A stretch of 62,709 bases of DNA from a virus. Its lineage: Duplodnaviria > Caudoviricetes. Location of the stretch: positions 1 through 62,709 of the IMG/VR virus record IMGVR_UViG_3300007539_000019; one strand, 5' to 3'. A program made the position numbers and the translations under genes. The stretch's first letter is position 1. Each line of letters begins with the position of its first letter. Under the pieces are notes generated by a model that made no database searches, was not told where the DNA came from, and saw only the letters and a program-made list of their open reading frames with translations. Positions 35,650 to 46,218 of the stretch are shown here, in pieces.

Positions 35650-36182
35650 CTGTATTCCTTTCTTAATAATCTCCATCTGTCTGAGTCTATTTCTTTATTT
35701 CCATTATCTATAGCATAAAGCATATCCAGAACTTCGTCAAGACTATTATAAATATATTTATGAGGCAGCATTCCTAGCATCCATAAAGGTGTTTTTGATT
35801 TACCTCCTTCCATGCTAATAAATATAGGCTTTTTTTCCCTAACCGCTGTTACAATTTCTTCCGCACTTCCCCAACTAGCAACATCAGGAACTAAATGGGC
35901 TATGATAAAATCACTACGATCAACAAGATTTAAATCATATGCCCGAACCGTCTTCATTTTTTCCGTGACTCTGTCATATTGTTTTGTTTTCATCCATGTT
36001 TCCATCTCTATTCTTGATGCTTCATCTTCTTCCACATCTTTCATGAATGGTTTTTTGTAAGGGTCAAAGCATGTAATATTTAATGGTGTAAGTTTTTCTG
36101 TAACTTCTTCTCTCCAATTTCTTCCACTTAAATATTGCATATGACCTACTAAGTAAGTCTTTGTTTTTTGCAATAAATTCAT
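35646..36182 (-). CDS. nucleoside 2-deoxyribosyltransferase-like / nucleotide N-hydrolase
   Basis: YL.G.M....WR...DP...D...V..SD.IIA......GS.EE...A....KPI. Confidence 0.75.
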   Translation of the reverse strand: MNLLQKTKTYLVGHMQYLSGRNWREEVTEKLTPLNITCFDPYKKPFMKDVEEDEASRIEMETWMKTKQYDRVTEKMKTVRAYDLNLVDRSDFIIAHLVPDVASWGSAEEIVTAVREKKPIFISMEGGKSKTPLWMLGMLPHKYIYNSLDEVLDMLYAIDNGNKEIDSDRWRLLRKEYR

Positions 36183-36183
36183 T

Positions 36184-37035
36184 TTAAGATTTTAAAATTT
36201 TAAGAAATTCTCTTGCTTGCTTTGGTGGTATATCTTCGAAGCAATTCCATTCAGTTGGATCTAGCGGAGGCTCAATGACATAAATATTATTTTTATGCCA
36301 TTTTCTTAACAAGTTCTTAAAATCATCGAAAGAAGATCCAGCTTCAGCTTTCAATGCTCCTTGTGGAGAAAGTATTGATGAGTTAGATTTATGAATTAAA
36401 GAATTTGATCCACTTGATTTATCAATCTCATCATCTCCTACGATATGTATATTTAAAAAGTTCCTAACACACCTAACGAAAGCTCTGTTACAGGCAATGG
36501 TTTCAAGAAATTTTGTAGCAAAACTGCTGGTATTATTTAATGTTGCATTAGCCATATCATTAAATATAACCGATTCACCTTGTGTTTCATAATTACCTAT
36601 AAATAAAACAGAACAAGATACTGCAACATGATCTTGTTCGCATTTGTGCATTTGATAGGAACATGAGTTAAATCCTCTCAGTTTGGCTAATTCTTTTATT
36701 CCAGCAAGTTTTATTAATAATTGATGATCTTTTAAGCCTTCAACAGTTTTTGGAGTTTCTTTTTTTCTCGCCTCAAACCAAGATTTATTTGGAAAAAGAT
36801 ATTCATCTTTAACCATCGCCCTCCAATTTATAGAGCCATCATCATTGAAACAATAATTTACATTCTGCAAAAGCCCATTTTCGTCTCTTTTATATTTAAA
36901 TGGACCTTCTGTATTTTTAGATGAGCTAGATGTTCTCTCGCTAATTTTTACAACAGCATCTCTCATGCTATCTTCAATCTCTGAAGTAACATTTACTTTT
37001 ACATTTTTACTACCCTTTGGTCTTCCTCTTGCCAT
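36184..37035 (-). CDS. putative Rad52/Sak-like single-strand annealing protein with N-terminal AT-hook
   Basis: start MARGRPKGSKN (37035); I.L.G..ELA..RG, A.A...N......LE.IA.NRA..R..R..L.I..V..DE. Confidence 0.55.
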   Translation of the reverse strand: MARGRPKGSKNVKVNVTSEIEDSMRDAVVKISERTSSSSKNTEGPFKYKRDENGLLQNVNYCFNDDGSINWRAMVKDEYLFPNKSWFEARKKETPKTVEGLKDHQLLIKLAGIKELAKLRGFNSCSYQMHKCEQDHVAVSCSVLFIGNYETQGESVIFNDMANATLNNTSSFATKFLETIACNRAFVRCVRNFLNIHIVGDDEIDKSSGSNSLIHKSNSSILSPQGALKAEAGSSFDDFKNLLRKWHKNNIYVIEPPLDPTEWNCFEDIPPKQAREFLKILKS

Positions 37036-38191
37036 TTTTTTCCTTTCTGTAAATAATATAATAATCAGAATCTTCCCAAAAATCACTTGTATCTATTATA
37101 TCTTGATGTCCATCTTTAAGTTCATTTCCTGTTATCCAATGAGCTTTACTGGCAAACTTCTTTCCTTTCGACAAAATGATTTTTGAAGAATTCATGACTA
37201 AATTATTACATGTATCGAAATCAATGTCAACATCTTTTTTTGTTTTTCTTTTAAAGAGTGAAATTTTTTCATCAATATATTTTAATCTTAAGTCAGTAAT
37301 TTCTTTTTCGTTAAAACTAAAGAGTTCGTAATTAATATTAAATTTTTTTAAATTTAATAAAAAATCAGGCAGGTTTTCGCACGATGCATCTATTGACATT
37401 CTTGCGACAGAATTTTTTATTGCAAAGCAAAGGTCTGGAGATAAGGCTTTGTCTGTTATTATTCCAAGCTGCCTGTCTTTGCTGAATTGAAATAAAATAT
37501 TTTCATCAAGATGTAGGTCTGCGCGAAGATTGACTAAAGACTTCTTTAAGAAGTTTTGGTCTGGAATGAAGTCTGGTATAATTTCTATTATTCTTACAGG
37601 AAAACTTTCGCCAGCGAAAAGAAAGTCAAAATCATTTATATTATTTTTAATATTAAGTTCTGATAAAATTTTAAATGCAATCTCAGGCGGAGAAATTTTA
37701 TTTATAGTTTTAGGGTTTTCTATTACACTATAACTACAATATTTTTCTTTTGGAGAATCTATAAAATGGCAGTTTGAGTTTTGTTCAAAACAAAAAGAAG
37801 AAGATGGCTCGTTTGAAAAAAGAGAAATTAACTTTACTCCAGAATTATAAGCTAAGTAAGAAAAATGATCACAAGAATTAAAATGCAACAAAGAACTTTT
37901 TAAAAGGTAAGAACTTTGATTAAAATTAGTAGCCCCACAAAGCCTATAAACACCTTGAATTTCTGGATCTTTAGCATCTCCTAATTGAACAATTGATATA
38001 TTATTTTTTTTAAGAAATGGAGAAATTAAATCAACCACTTCTTGCCAAAGATCATAATGCTTGCTTTGAACTTTAGAGCTAGTATTGAAAGTAATATATT
38101 TATCTTTTGTAAAAGGATAATAGCAATCATTAACAAATGGCTTTGATATCTTTAAGCCTGCATGGAGGCTATATCTTTGTAGTTTATTCAT
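37010..38191 (-). CDS. GT9-like (heptosyltransferase-fold) glycosyltransferase
   Basis: K.YD.W.EV..L......IVQLG......L.G.T...Q...L.....H...D....LA. Confidence 0.65.
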   Translation of the reverse strand: MNKLQRYSLHAGLKISKPFVNDCYYPFTKDKYITFNTSSKVQSKHYDLWQEVVDLISPFLKKNNISIVQLGDAKDPEIQGVYRLCGATNFNQSSYLLKSSLLHFNSCDHFSYLAYNSGVKLISLFSNEPSSSFCFEQNSNCHFIDSPKEKYCSYSVIENPKTINKISPPEIAFKILSELNIKNNINDFDFLFAGESFPVRIIEIIPDFIPDQNFLKKSLVNLRADLHLDENILFQFSKDRQLGIITDKALSPDLCFAIKNSVARMSIDASCENLPDFLLNLKKFNINYELFSFNEKEITDLRLKYIDEKISLFKRKTKKDVDIDFDTCNNLVMNSSKIILSKGKKFASKAHWITGNELKDGHQDIIDTSDFWEDSDYYIIYRKEKNGKRKTKG

Positions 38192-40091
38192 TTAATTGAA
38201 AGTCTATTTCTTTTATACCAATATAATTTGGAACTCTTTGCGTTAAAATTCCGAGATTACAATAATAGTCAAAATAAGGATCCGACTTTCCGCATCCAAT
38301 CATAACAAGTTCATTTTCCATTTGTGGGTCATACTCCAAGACTTTATATATATTTGGATTAGATTGAACTATGTTATGGTATTGAGGGTCGCAAGAAAAG
38401 AAAATATCATAATCAGGATTGCTTTTCTTAAAGGATTCAAGTAAGCTCGTGCATAAAAATATATCTTCCGCACTTTCTTTTAAAAGAAAAAGAGCTTTTT
38501 TGTTCCCATTATTTTTAATTAAATCTCCGAATTCTACTTTCTCTTCTGATTGAATATTACCATTCTCTTTTAGAGCTACATTTCTAAAATAATCTAAAAC
38601 ACCCTCTCTTGTTCCGCCGTTGCTTAAAACCTTCATCCAATGTTGATGACCTTCATCAGATGCATCCAATTCAACTTTTAAAATATTTTTATAAATATCA
38701 ATTAACCACTCTACATCGCTCTCAATATTTGGAGGATTATAATTTGGATCTCTTAAAGTTTTTTTAAAATCAAAATCATAGTCAACATCTGGCATATTAT
38801 CTATAATTTCTTCAAGCTTTTTGCCAATCACATCTAGAGAGTAATTATCTATCACATATTTCCTGGACTTCTTTCCCATAGAACTTCTCTCTACCAAATC
38901 CATCTTAAAAACTTTTTCGAGTTGATTGCTGATGCTAAAAGGACTAGTTGTTGCTTTTATGAATTGAGTTCCTGGCTCTCTATATTCGGTCCACTCTAAA
39001 GGTATGCCTCCGCTTTCCTTAGAGCAAGAATCTTCCCCGCAACTATAATTAGTCACAAGTGTTATCAACTCGGTTAACTTAGCTTCCTGTATAGGTATTT
39101 CTTGACCTCCAGATGTAAATGGATGACAATAGACATCCATTAAATTGTAAATTTCGTTTAATTGAGAATCATCGACACCATTTGTAATGGAAATTGTATT
39201 ACAAGATTTTTCGGAACCGCAATATTTGCAATTTAAACCGTTTCCAATAAAGGGTTTTATTTCATAACTCCTGCATTTTTTACAAAAGTAGGTGCAAAGA
39301 ATATCTTCTGGATTTAAATCTTTTTCCTTAATTAACCTTCTTATATCCCAACCCTCATCCCAATTAGTATGCAATATTAATTTTGCATTTGATTTGGGAT
39401 TTTTTTCTTTAAAAATTTTAAATCCATCTAAAAGATTTGGAACACTTTTTCTTAGCTGATTTCTAAAAACAAAACCTATAATGAAATCATCTGGGTTTAA
39501 ATTGTTGGCTTGTTTTATTTGCTCAATATCTTCATGATCCATTTTATAAAAAGAATCTGTATCTATTGATCCATGCAAAGTTTTAATGTGCTCATGTCCT
39601 ATTTCTTTCATTGCTTTTTCTGCGAAAGAAGCCCAGACATAATAATTCTTTATCTTTTTTGCGCACTTTACAGCATCTGGCAAAATTGGAAGGCTGTCTA
39701 ATGTCGTCCAAACCATACAGTTAATTTTATTCCACCAAGGCTTTTTAGTATATAGAGATAATCCCCATATATCTTCTACCCCTAGATAAACATCAGGCTT
39801 TTCAGACTTAATTGCTTCATCGATAGATAATGCTCCGTAAGAAGCAGACCTTTGCAAGTTTGGATCTTTATTTATTCTTTCTAATGAAGCTTGATCATTT
39901 GGCATAGCACCAATTGCCTTCCAAGGCAATGTACTTAGATCTTTATGATCTTTAGAAACTCCATTGCAGAATTCAACTATTTCATATTTCCCAGTCTTGC
40001 AAAGATATTTTAATATGTTTTTTGTATTTTTGCCAAATCCAGTAAGTAACCTAGAAAAATTACTATGATATAAGATTTTCTTTTTTGCCAT
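38184..40091 (-). CDS. GT4-like GT-B glycosyltransferase with CxxC insert and C-terminal GT9-like lobe
   Basis: TGFG, RNQ.RK, L.EIYN..D....P..SGG.EIP..EA; CKKC...CKYC; ED..L.T.LL..FK...P....NPNI. Confidence 0.8.
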   Translation of the reverse strand: MAKKKILYHSNFSRLLTGFGKNTKNILKYLCKTGKYEIVEFCNGVSKDHKDLSTLPWKAIGAMPNDQASLERINKDPNLQRSASYGALSIDEAIKSEKPDVYLGVEDIWGLSLYTKKPWWNKINCMVWTTLDSLPILPDAVKCAKKIKNYYVWASFAEKAMKEIGHEHIKTLHGSIDTDSFYKMDHEDIEQIKQANNLNPDDFIIGFVFRNQLRKSVPNLLDGFKIFKEKNPKSNAKLILHTNWDEGWDIRRLIKEKDLNPEDILCTYFCKKCRSYEIKPFIGNGLNCKYCGSEKSCNTISITNGVDDSQLNEIYNLMDVYCHPFTSGGQEIPIQEAKLTELITLVTNYSCGEDSCSKESGGIPLEWTEYREPGTQFIKATTSPFSISNQLEKVFKMDLVERSSMGKKSRKYVIDNYSLDVIGKKLEEIIDNMPDVDYDFDFKKTLRDPNYNPPNIESDVEWLIDIYKNILKVELDASDEGHQHWMKVLSNGGTREGVLDYFRNVALKENGNIQSEEKVEFGDLIKNNGNKKALFLLKESAEDIFLCTSLLESFKKSNPDYDIFFSCDPQYHNIVQSNPNIYKVLEYDPQMENELVMIGCGKSDPYFDYYCNLGILTQRVPNYIGIKEIDFQLNE

Positions 40092-40093
40092 TT

Positions 40094-40714
40094 TTAGAAA
40101 GGTACATCTTCAAACTCCTCATCTTCTTCCTCTTCTTCTTCGGCATCTTCAATCTTTGAAGTGTTGGATTTTGTGGGGTTAGAGTTTTTTATATAATTTT
40201 TTTGCAATTTAATTTTTTCTTTAACAAAAGTAGATAAAAATTCTTCCACAAATTTTAACAAAACTTCAACCTCTCCTGGGTCAATACCGATTTTAAATGT
40301 AGAACCTTTTCCTTTGGAAATTGACAATCCAAATGCAGGGACTTTTTGCTTTGTCTCCTGGAATCCTTTTGTACTTGGATCATATTTCGAGACTTTTACA
40401 TCTTTGTCCCAAGGGCTAAACTTTATAGTGGTTGAATTATCTTCGTAAGCATGGAATGCTGTGTACTCGTGCCTGTTCTTGACAGCACTAATAAATTCTC
40501 CACATTCAAATTCACTAAGCTTTACATTAACTTTCTTTTCTGGATTTTTCCCGTTTCCAGCAAACGAACCTATTTTCTTTTGGTCATCCCATGAGTGTTG
40601 AGCTATAGCACTAATGTAAAAAGCTGGAAGAGGATTGCTTTTATTTTCTCCTATTGAAAATGTAAAGGCTGAGCCTGTATTTTTACTGTTCGGTTTGTAT
40701 AATTGAATTGACAT
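40094..40714 (-). CDS. putative single-stranded DNA-binding protein (Whirly/PC4-like)
   Basis: acidic tail ending EFEDVPF; duplicated beta-beta-beta-helix units (VKLS.FE.G.F / IGID.GE...L). Confidence 0.6.
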   Translation of the reverse strand: MSIQLYKPNSKNTGSAFTFSIGENKSNPLPAFYISAIAQHSWDDQKKIGSFAGNGKNPEKKVNVKLSEFECGEFISAVKNRHEYTAFHAYEDNSTTIKFSPWDKDVKVSKYDPSTKGFQETKQKVPAFGLSISKGKGSTFKIGIDPGEVEVLLKFVEEFLSTFVKEKIKLQKNYIKNSNPTKSNTSKIEDAEEEEEEDEEFEDVPF

Positions 40715-40723
40715 AATATTAAT

Positions 40724-41263
40724 TTATTTTTTTTCTGAAAGTGAATGTACATTTGAAGGTTTAGGGCTAACTGCATCTAAAACTAATGCTTGATATTTCT
40801 TCATGATTCTATTTCTAGCGCACTGAGTGCAAGACTCCCCGCCAGAATCTTCTATTTCCCTTTTGTATGCTTTATGCATGGATTTGTATCCGACGAAATC
40901 ACAAGGTTCATCAGAGAAGAATTTTTTTACTAAATCTCTTTCTGACTGAGGTCTGAGATGCACAGATTCTTCAAGACCTTGTTGGTCTGAAAATGATTGA
41001 GCCTGCTCCAAGCTTTCGAAAAAATATTGCCTTGGCAAGGGGTTATCTTTTACTACTGCAAATATCTCTTTCAGCATGCCATCCTCCGAGTGCCTTACGG
41101 CTATCTTGTGATCAGGATTAATTTGGATATTGTTTTCTTTTATTAAAGAAATAAACTCGTCAAAGGTTGTCGCCTCAGAGTAGAAATCTCTTTTATCGTC
41201 TTCTGGAACTTCTTTAAATTCTAAAATTTTCTTATCTGCGAATGTTAATTTAAATTTACTCAT
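40724..41263 (-). CDS. hypothetical protein (C-terminal CxxC)
   Basis: ORF track. Confidence 0.65.
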   Translation of the reverse strand: MSKFKLTFADKKILEFKEVPEDDKRDFYSEATTFDEFISLIKENNIQINPDHKIAVRHSEDGMLKEIFAVVKDNPLPRQYFFESLEQAQSFSDQQGLEESVHLRPQSERDLVKKFFSDEPCDFVGYKSMHKAYKREIEDSGGESCTQCARNRIMKKYQALVLDAVSPKPSNVHSLSEKK

Positions 41264-43666
41264 TTAATTTTTATCTCCTATTTTTAGTATACCTTTCTTT
41301 TGTTTTATAATAAATTCTGAAGCTTTGTTTTCTATGTTTTTTTGTATAATTTTTTCTATTGGTCTTGCTCCCATTGACTGCTTAAAAACATCATCAATTA
41401 TGTAACTTACAAGTTTAGTAGAAATGCGCAAGTCTATTTCTTTTTCCTCAAGTAATTTCAATTTCAGTTTGCTTATTTCTTTCTTTACTAGGGACTCAAT
41501 TTGATCTTTGGAAAAATCTTTAAATAAAATAACATCATCGATCCTATTTACAAATTCAGGAGAAAATTGTTTTTTACATTTGTCTACAATTAAATCTTTT
41601 TTATCTGAATTTGAAGACTTATTAAAGCCTATATTTGAATTCTTGTCTAAAAGTTCTGCGCCTATATTTCCTGTCATTATAATAACACAGTTAGAAAAAT
41701 CTGATGACCTGCCAAAACTATCTGTAAGTCTTCCCTCTTCTAATAATTGCAAAAGTAAATTTATAACATCTGGATGAGCTTTTTCAATTTCATCCAATAA
41801 TACAACAGAATGAGGTTTTGATTTTATTCTATCTGTAAGTTGTCCCCCCTCATCATAACCTACATATCCTGGAGCAGCCCCTATTAATCTTGAAATGTTA
41901 ATTTTTTCAGAATACTCAGACATGTCAATGTGAATTAAATTATCTGGACTGCCAAAAAAGTTTTTAGCAAGAGACTTTGCCATAAAAGTTTTTCCCACTC
42001 CACTTTTGCCTAGAAAAAGAAAAGATCCTATAGGTTTATTTGAAGAAGAGAAGCCGCTTTTAGATCTAATTATGCAATTATATATAGATTCAACAGCTTC
42101 ATCCTGATATAAAACTTCGTTCTTTAAATTATTTTTTAAATTTAATAAAATTTGACAATCTTTTTTAGATAGATTTCCAACTGGAATACCTGTTCTTGAA
42201 GATACAACATCAAAAATATCATTCTGGGTAACATAAAATTTTTTATTTTTATAAGCATCTCCCCACTCATTTAAAATATTTTTGTACTTTTTAATTAAAG
42301 CTTCTTGTTTTTTTTGCAAAGAAGATTTTTGTGATTTGTTAGCATCCTCTTTTTTCATCAACCTCTCTATTTGACTTTCTATCTTTTGAGCTTCTAATGG
42401 TTTTGTGAAGCTTCTCATTTTAACTTTTGCTCCAGCTTGATCTATAATGTCAATAGCTTTATCTGGTAGTTGCTTGTCTGTCATATATCTAACGGACAAA
42501 TCTACTGCTAATTTCATTGCATTTTTTCTGTATGTTACATGATGAAATTTTTCATATTGAGAAATAACTCCCTCTAATATTTTCAAAGTTTCCGCAGAAG
42601 AAGGTTGATTGATTTTTATTTGTTGGAATCTTCTTTCAAGTGCAGCATCTTTTACGATATGTTTGTTATATTCCTTAGGGGTTGTTGCTCCAATACATCT
42701 TATTTTACCTCTGGCTAATGCTGGCTTCAAAATATTTGCAGCATCCATTGTTCCTTCTGTGGCTCCAGCCCCTATTATTGTATGAATTTCATCAATGAAA
42801 AGTATAATATTTGGAGAACTAGAAGCTTCATCTAATAATTTTTTAATTCTTTCCTCGAACTGACCTCTGTATTTAGTTCCAGCAATTAATGCAGTCATAT
42901 CTACTTCATATATCGTCTTATTAACTAAAAAATCAGTACAAGTACCATTGACTATTGCTTGAGCTAACCCTTCCACTAACGAAGTCTTTCCAGTTCCAGG
43001 TAAACCCACTAAAATAGGATTGTTTTTATTTCTCCTACAAAGAATTTCCGACATTTTTTCAATATCTCCTTCTTTGCAAAGAACTTTATCGAACTTGCCT
43101 TTTGATGCTAATTCATTATAATTTTTTCCATAAGATTCTAGTGCACTAGAATCATCTTGAGATGATTGAGCGGATTTTTTTTCAAAAGTTTTTTGTATTC
43201 TAGATTCCTCCCATTCACCAGTCGTTAAAAAACTATGCAATTTTTTCTTAGCTTCTTCAATATCTACATAAAATTCTGAAAGCATTTTGGGTAATGGAGA
43301 AAATTTTTCACGAAGCATAACATAAAACAAATGTTCTACTCCGATATATTCGTGATCCAATTCTTCAGCAAAACTAATTGTTGATTTAAAAATTCTTACA
43401 TAATTCTTAGAATATTCTTTTGATGGGTTTAAGGAGCTTTGGTTATTAAAAAAATCTCCATCTATAGAATTGAAAACTATATTTTTAAAGTCTTGTATAT
43501 CTATACCTATGTCTTCAAAAAAACTTAAAACTAAAGATTGGTCTGAATCTAAAACTGAAAATAATAAATGGTTTAGATCTACCTCTTTAGAATTTAATGA
43601 GTGACATGTTTTTTTTGATACATTAATTATCTTTTGTAATCTAGGCGTAAAATTACTGTGCTTCAT
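41264..43666 (-). CDS. clpC: ATP-dependent Clp protease ATP-binding subunit, ClpC-type
   Basis: Clp_N repeats; RR.KNNP, G.PGTGKT, AGTKYRGQFEER, FIDEIH, LPDKAID; G.SGVGKT, IDMSEY, GYVGY, DEIEKAH; IGF loop; GAR. Confidence 0.93.
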   Translation of the reverse strand: MKHSNFTPRLQKIINVSKKTCHSLNSKEVDLNHLLFSVLDSDQSLVLSFFEDIGIDIQDFKNIVFNSIDGDFFNNQSSLNPSKEYSKNYVRIFKSTISFAEELDHEYIGVEHLFYVMLREKFSPLPKMLSEFYVDIEEAKKKLHSFLTTGEWEESRIQKTFEKKSAQSSQDDSSALESYGKNYNELASKGKFDKVLCKEGDIEKMSEILCRRNKNNPILVGLPGTGKTSLVEGLAQAIVNGTCTDFLVNKTIYEVDMTALIAGTKYRGQFEERIKKLLDEASSSPNIILFIDEIHTIIGAGATEGTMDAANILKPALARGKIRCIGATTPKEYNKHIVKDAALERRFQQIKINQPSSAETLKILEGVISQYEKFHHVTYRKNAMKLAVDLSVRYMTDKQLPDKAIDIIDQAGAKVKMRSFTKPLEAQKIESQIERLMKKEDANKSQKSSLQKKQEALIKKYKNILNEWGDAYKNKKFYVTQNDIFDVVSSRTGIPVGNLSKKDCQILLNLKNNLKNEVLYQDEAVESIYNCIIRSKSGFSSSNKPIGSFLFLGKSGVGKTFMAKSLAKNFFGSPDNLIHIDMSEYSEKINISRLIGAAPGYVGYDEGGQLTDRIKSKPHSVVLLDEIEKAHPDVINLLLQLLEEGRLTDSFGRSSDFSNCVIIMTGNIGAELLDKNSNIGFNKSSNSDKKDLIVDKCKKQFSPEFVNRIDDVILFKDFSKDQIESLVKKEISKLKLKLLEEKEIDLRISTKLVSYIIDDVFKQSMGARPIEKIIQKNIENKASEFIIKQKKGILKIGDKN

Positions 43667-46218
43667 TATTTTAGATCAGAAAGTTTCATATAAATTTTTT
43701 CATCCACAATAGATAGTTCTTCTATAAACAATATATCTTCACCTTTTGAACCAAGCAATATTACAATGCTATCTTTTTCTGGTAATTTTGATCTATTTTT
43801 AAATTTGCTAAGTTTCTTGTCTCTACCGTCTACCATAAGAGCTCCATATCTACCATACTCATCACTCAAAGACAACTTCATGTACTCATTTCCATTTTTA
43901 CTTTTTCTACAAAAAACATCATCCACAACAGCTATATATTTAGATTTATCGTTCAACTCACAAGCTCTAAAATGTAAGGAGTTTTTTAAGGAAAGATGCT
44001 CTTCTTTAAATGATTCTCTTAATTCTCCACTATAACTAAAACCAAGAAGAGATCGCTCAAAATACCAGTTAGCAAAGTCTTCATATCTTCTATTTTTATT
44101 ATATATTTCTTTATAATTTTTGTAGTTTCTTTTTAATGTGTCAAATCTTTTTTCTGGCATTATTGCCCTTCCATCATCCCCTACAATTTGATTTGTTACA
44201 ACATCATGTATGGCATTTAAAATATCGAAATCATATTTTTCTCCAAGCAATATAAAATTTCTTTTTTCTCTGTCTGTTAGTAAATTAAAAACTTGAGCTT
44301 CTAGAACTAATCTAGGTCTATTTGTTTTGTAACTAGATAATGCTCCAGCTTGTATCAATGCAGAAAGAACTCCAATGTTTAAACCTGCAGACTTAGCACA
44401 TAAAAATATATCATACTTATTTGGTTTTTTTGTATCCCTAAATTCTTTTAATGAAGATAAAGATTTTTGACTTATTCCTTTTATGCTATTTAAACCAAAT
44501 CTTATATCCTTTTTGTCTATAGAAAAATCCATATTAGATAAAGATAAATCTGGAGATAGCAGTTTTATGTCAAAGAATGGTAAATCTTGGCAAACTTTTC
44601 TAATTTCTTCTTGCGGGGAGGGTTCATACTTTGTCATCTTAAGTAAGCTCAAGAAGAATTGCTGAGGATAATTAAACTTTAAATAAGATGTCCATGCAGA
44701 AAGTATTGCATAAGATATTGAATGAGATTTATTGAAAGAATAATTTGCACTATCTTCAGCAACTTTCCATAAAACATCACCAACTTTTTTAGAGAGTTTA
44801 TTGTCTTTTATTTTATCCTCAATTTTTTTCTTCCAAGCTGGCATTTGATCAACCTTTTTTTTGCCTACTATGCGCCTTAGTTGCTCTGCCTCGTCAAGGG
44901 TAAATCCTATTTTAACAGCCATTTTCATTAACTGTTCTTGGTAAAGAGGTATGCCTCCTGTATAATCTAAAATATCATCAAAAAAAGAATTAACACTTTG
45001 AAAATTACCAGTTTCAGCATAGGTTTTGTAGTAATCAAGAAAGTCCATAGCTCCTGGTCTAGCAATTGCTATAACTGCACTTAGCTGCTCTAAATTTTTT
45101 GGCTTTATTTTTTTACAAACCATGTAGTTTGCATCAGCCTCTATTTGAAATAAACCATGTGGGGTATTTAAATCTTGGAGGTGAGAATATATTTCTTGAG
45201 AACCTAGATCAATATCTTCTGGGTTTAAATTTATTTGATTGCATGTATCGTATATAGCTGAAAGAGTTCTTAGCCCTAGAATATCAAACTTTACCATAAG
45301 TTCAGCTACCCAATTCATATCGTAACCTGTAACTATGGAGCCATCATTAGTTTTCTGAACTGGGCAAATTTCAGTTATCTCATCAAAAGAAATAGCAATA
45401 CCTGAAGGATGAACTCCCGTATTTTTTTTCAGACCTTCTAGTTTTTTTGCAATTTTAAATATTGATTTATTTTTATCACAAAACTTTTTGAAATTTTCGC
45501 TCTCGTGATATGCATCTTTTAATTTGCACACCACCCCAAAATTCTTAGGAATCATATCGCTGACAACATTGACATCCTGTTCAGACATTTCCCCCGCAAT
45601 TTTCCCGCACTCTTTTATGCACAACTTACCACTTAGAGTATTTAATGTTAAAATTTTAGATGTTCTATTTGGGTGTTTTTTTTCAATATAATCTATAACT
45701 TTTTGTCTATGCTCATAAGCTATGTCGTTGTCAACATCAGCTAACAAGCTTCCATCTAAATATTTAATACCATTTTTCTCAATTATTTTTGCTCTACTCT
45801 TGGACACGAATCTCTCAAAGAAAAGATCATATTTTATGGGATCAACCTTAGTGACTCCTATTAAAAATAAAACTAAACTACCTGCTGCACTGCCTCTTCC
45901 TGGGCCTGTTGGAATTTTATTCTCATGGCAATAATTCAATACGTCCCAATTTAATAAAATATAATCAACAAAACCTAATTCATTTAAAATTTCAAGCTCA
46001 CTAGATAATCTATCTTGATATTCATTAAAATTATCTTTATCAGTCAATTTTTTATCATTAAGACCTTTTTCGCAGAGGGATTTTAAAAAACTAAAATTAG
46101 ACACGGAGCTTTCTAGTTTTAGAAGTTTATAGTATTTATTTTCTATTTTTAATTTTGGCAACCTTACTCCAGGAGGAGCACAATTTTCGTATTTTTCAAA
46201 CTGTTTTAAAAAATTCAT
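43666..46218 (-). CDS. dnaE: DNA polymerase III alpha subunit, catalytic part (lacks most of PHP)
   Basis: GPGRGSAAGSLV, FERF, ADVDND, HPSG, KFDILGL.TL, FQIE, RPG, YQEQ.M, Y.FNKSH, IRFGL..IKG. Confidence 0.93.
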   Translation of the reverse strand: MNFLKQFEKYENCAPPGVRLPKLKIENKYYKLLKLESSVSNFSFLKSLCEKGLNDKKLTDKDNFNEYQDRLSSELEILNELGFVDYILLNWDVLNYCHENKIPTGPGRGSAAGSLVLFLIGVTKVDPIKYDLFFERFVSKSRAKIIEKNGIKYLDGSLLADVDNDIAYEHRQKVIDYIEKKHPNRTSKILTLNTLSGKLCIKECGKIAGEMSEQDVNVVSDMIPKNFGVVCKLKDAYHESENFKKFCDKNKSIFKIAKKLEGLKKNTGVHPSGIAISFDEITEICPVQKTNDGSIVTGYDMNWVAELMVKFDILGLRTLSAIYDTCNQINLNPEDIDLGSQEIYSHLQDLNTPHGLFQIEADANYMVCKKIKPKNLEQLSAVIAIARPGAMDFLDYYKTYAETGNFQSVNSFFDDILDYTGGIPLYQEQLMKMAVKIGFTLDEAEQLRRIVGKKKVDQMPAWKKKIEDKIKDNKLSKKVGDVLWKVAEDSANYSFNKSHSISYAILSAWTSYLKFNYPQQFFLSLLKMTKYEPSPQEEIRKVCQDLPFFDIKLLSPDLSLSNMDFSIDKKDIRFGLNSIKGISQKSLSSLKEFRDTKKPNKYDIFLCAKSAGLNIGVLSALIQAGALSSYKTNRPRLVLEAQVFNLLTDREKRNFILLGEKYDFDILNAIHDVVTNQIVGDDGRAIMPEKRFDTLKRNYKNYKEIYNKNRRYEDFANWYFERSLLGFSYSGELRESFKEEHLSLKNSLHFRACELNDKSKYIAVVDDVFCRKSKNGNEYMKLSLSDEYGRYGALMVDGRDKKLSKFKNRSKLPEKDSIVILLGSKGEDILFIEELSIVDEKIYMKLSDLK

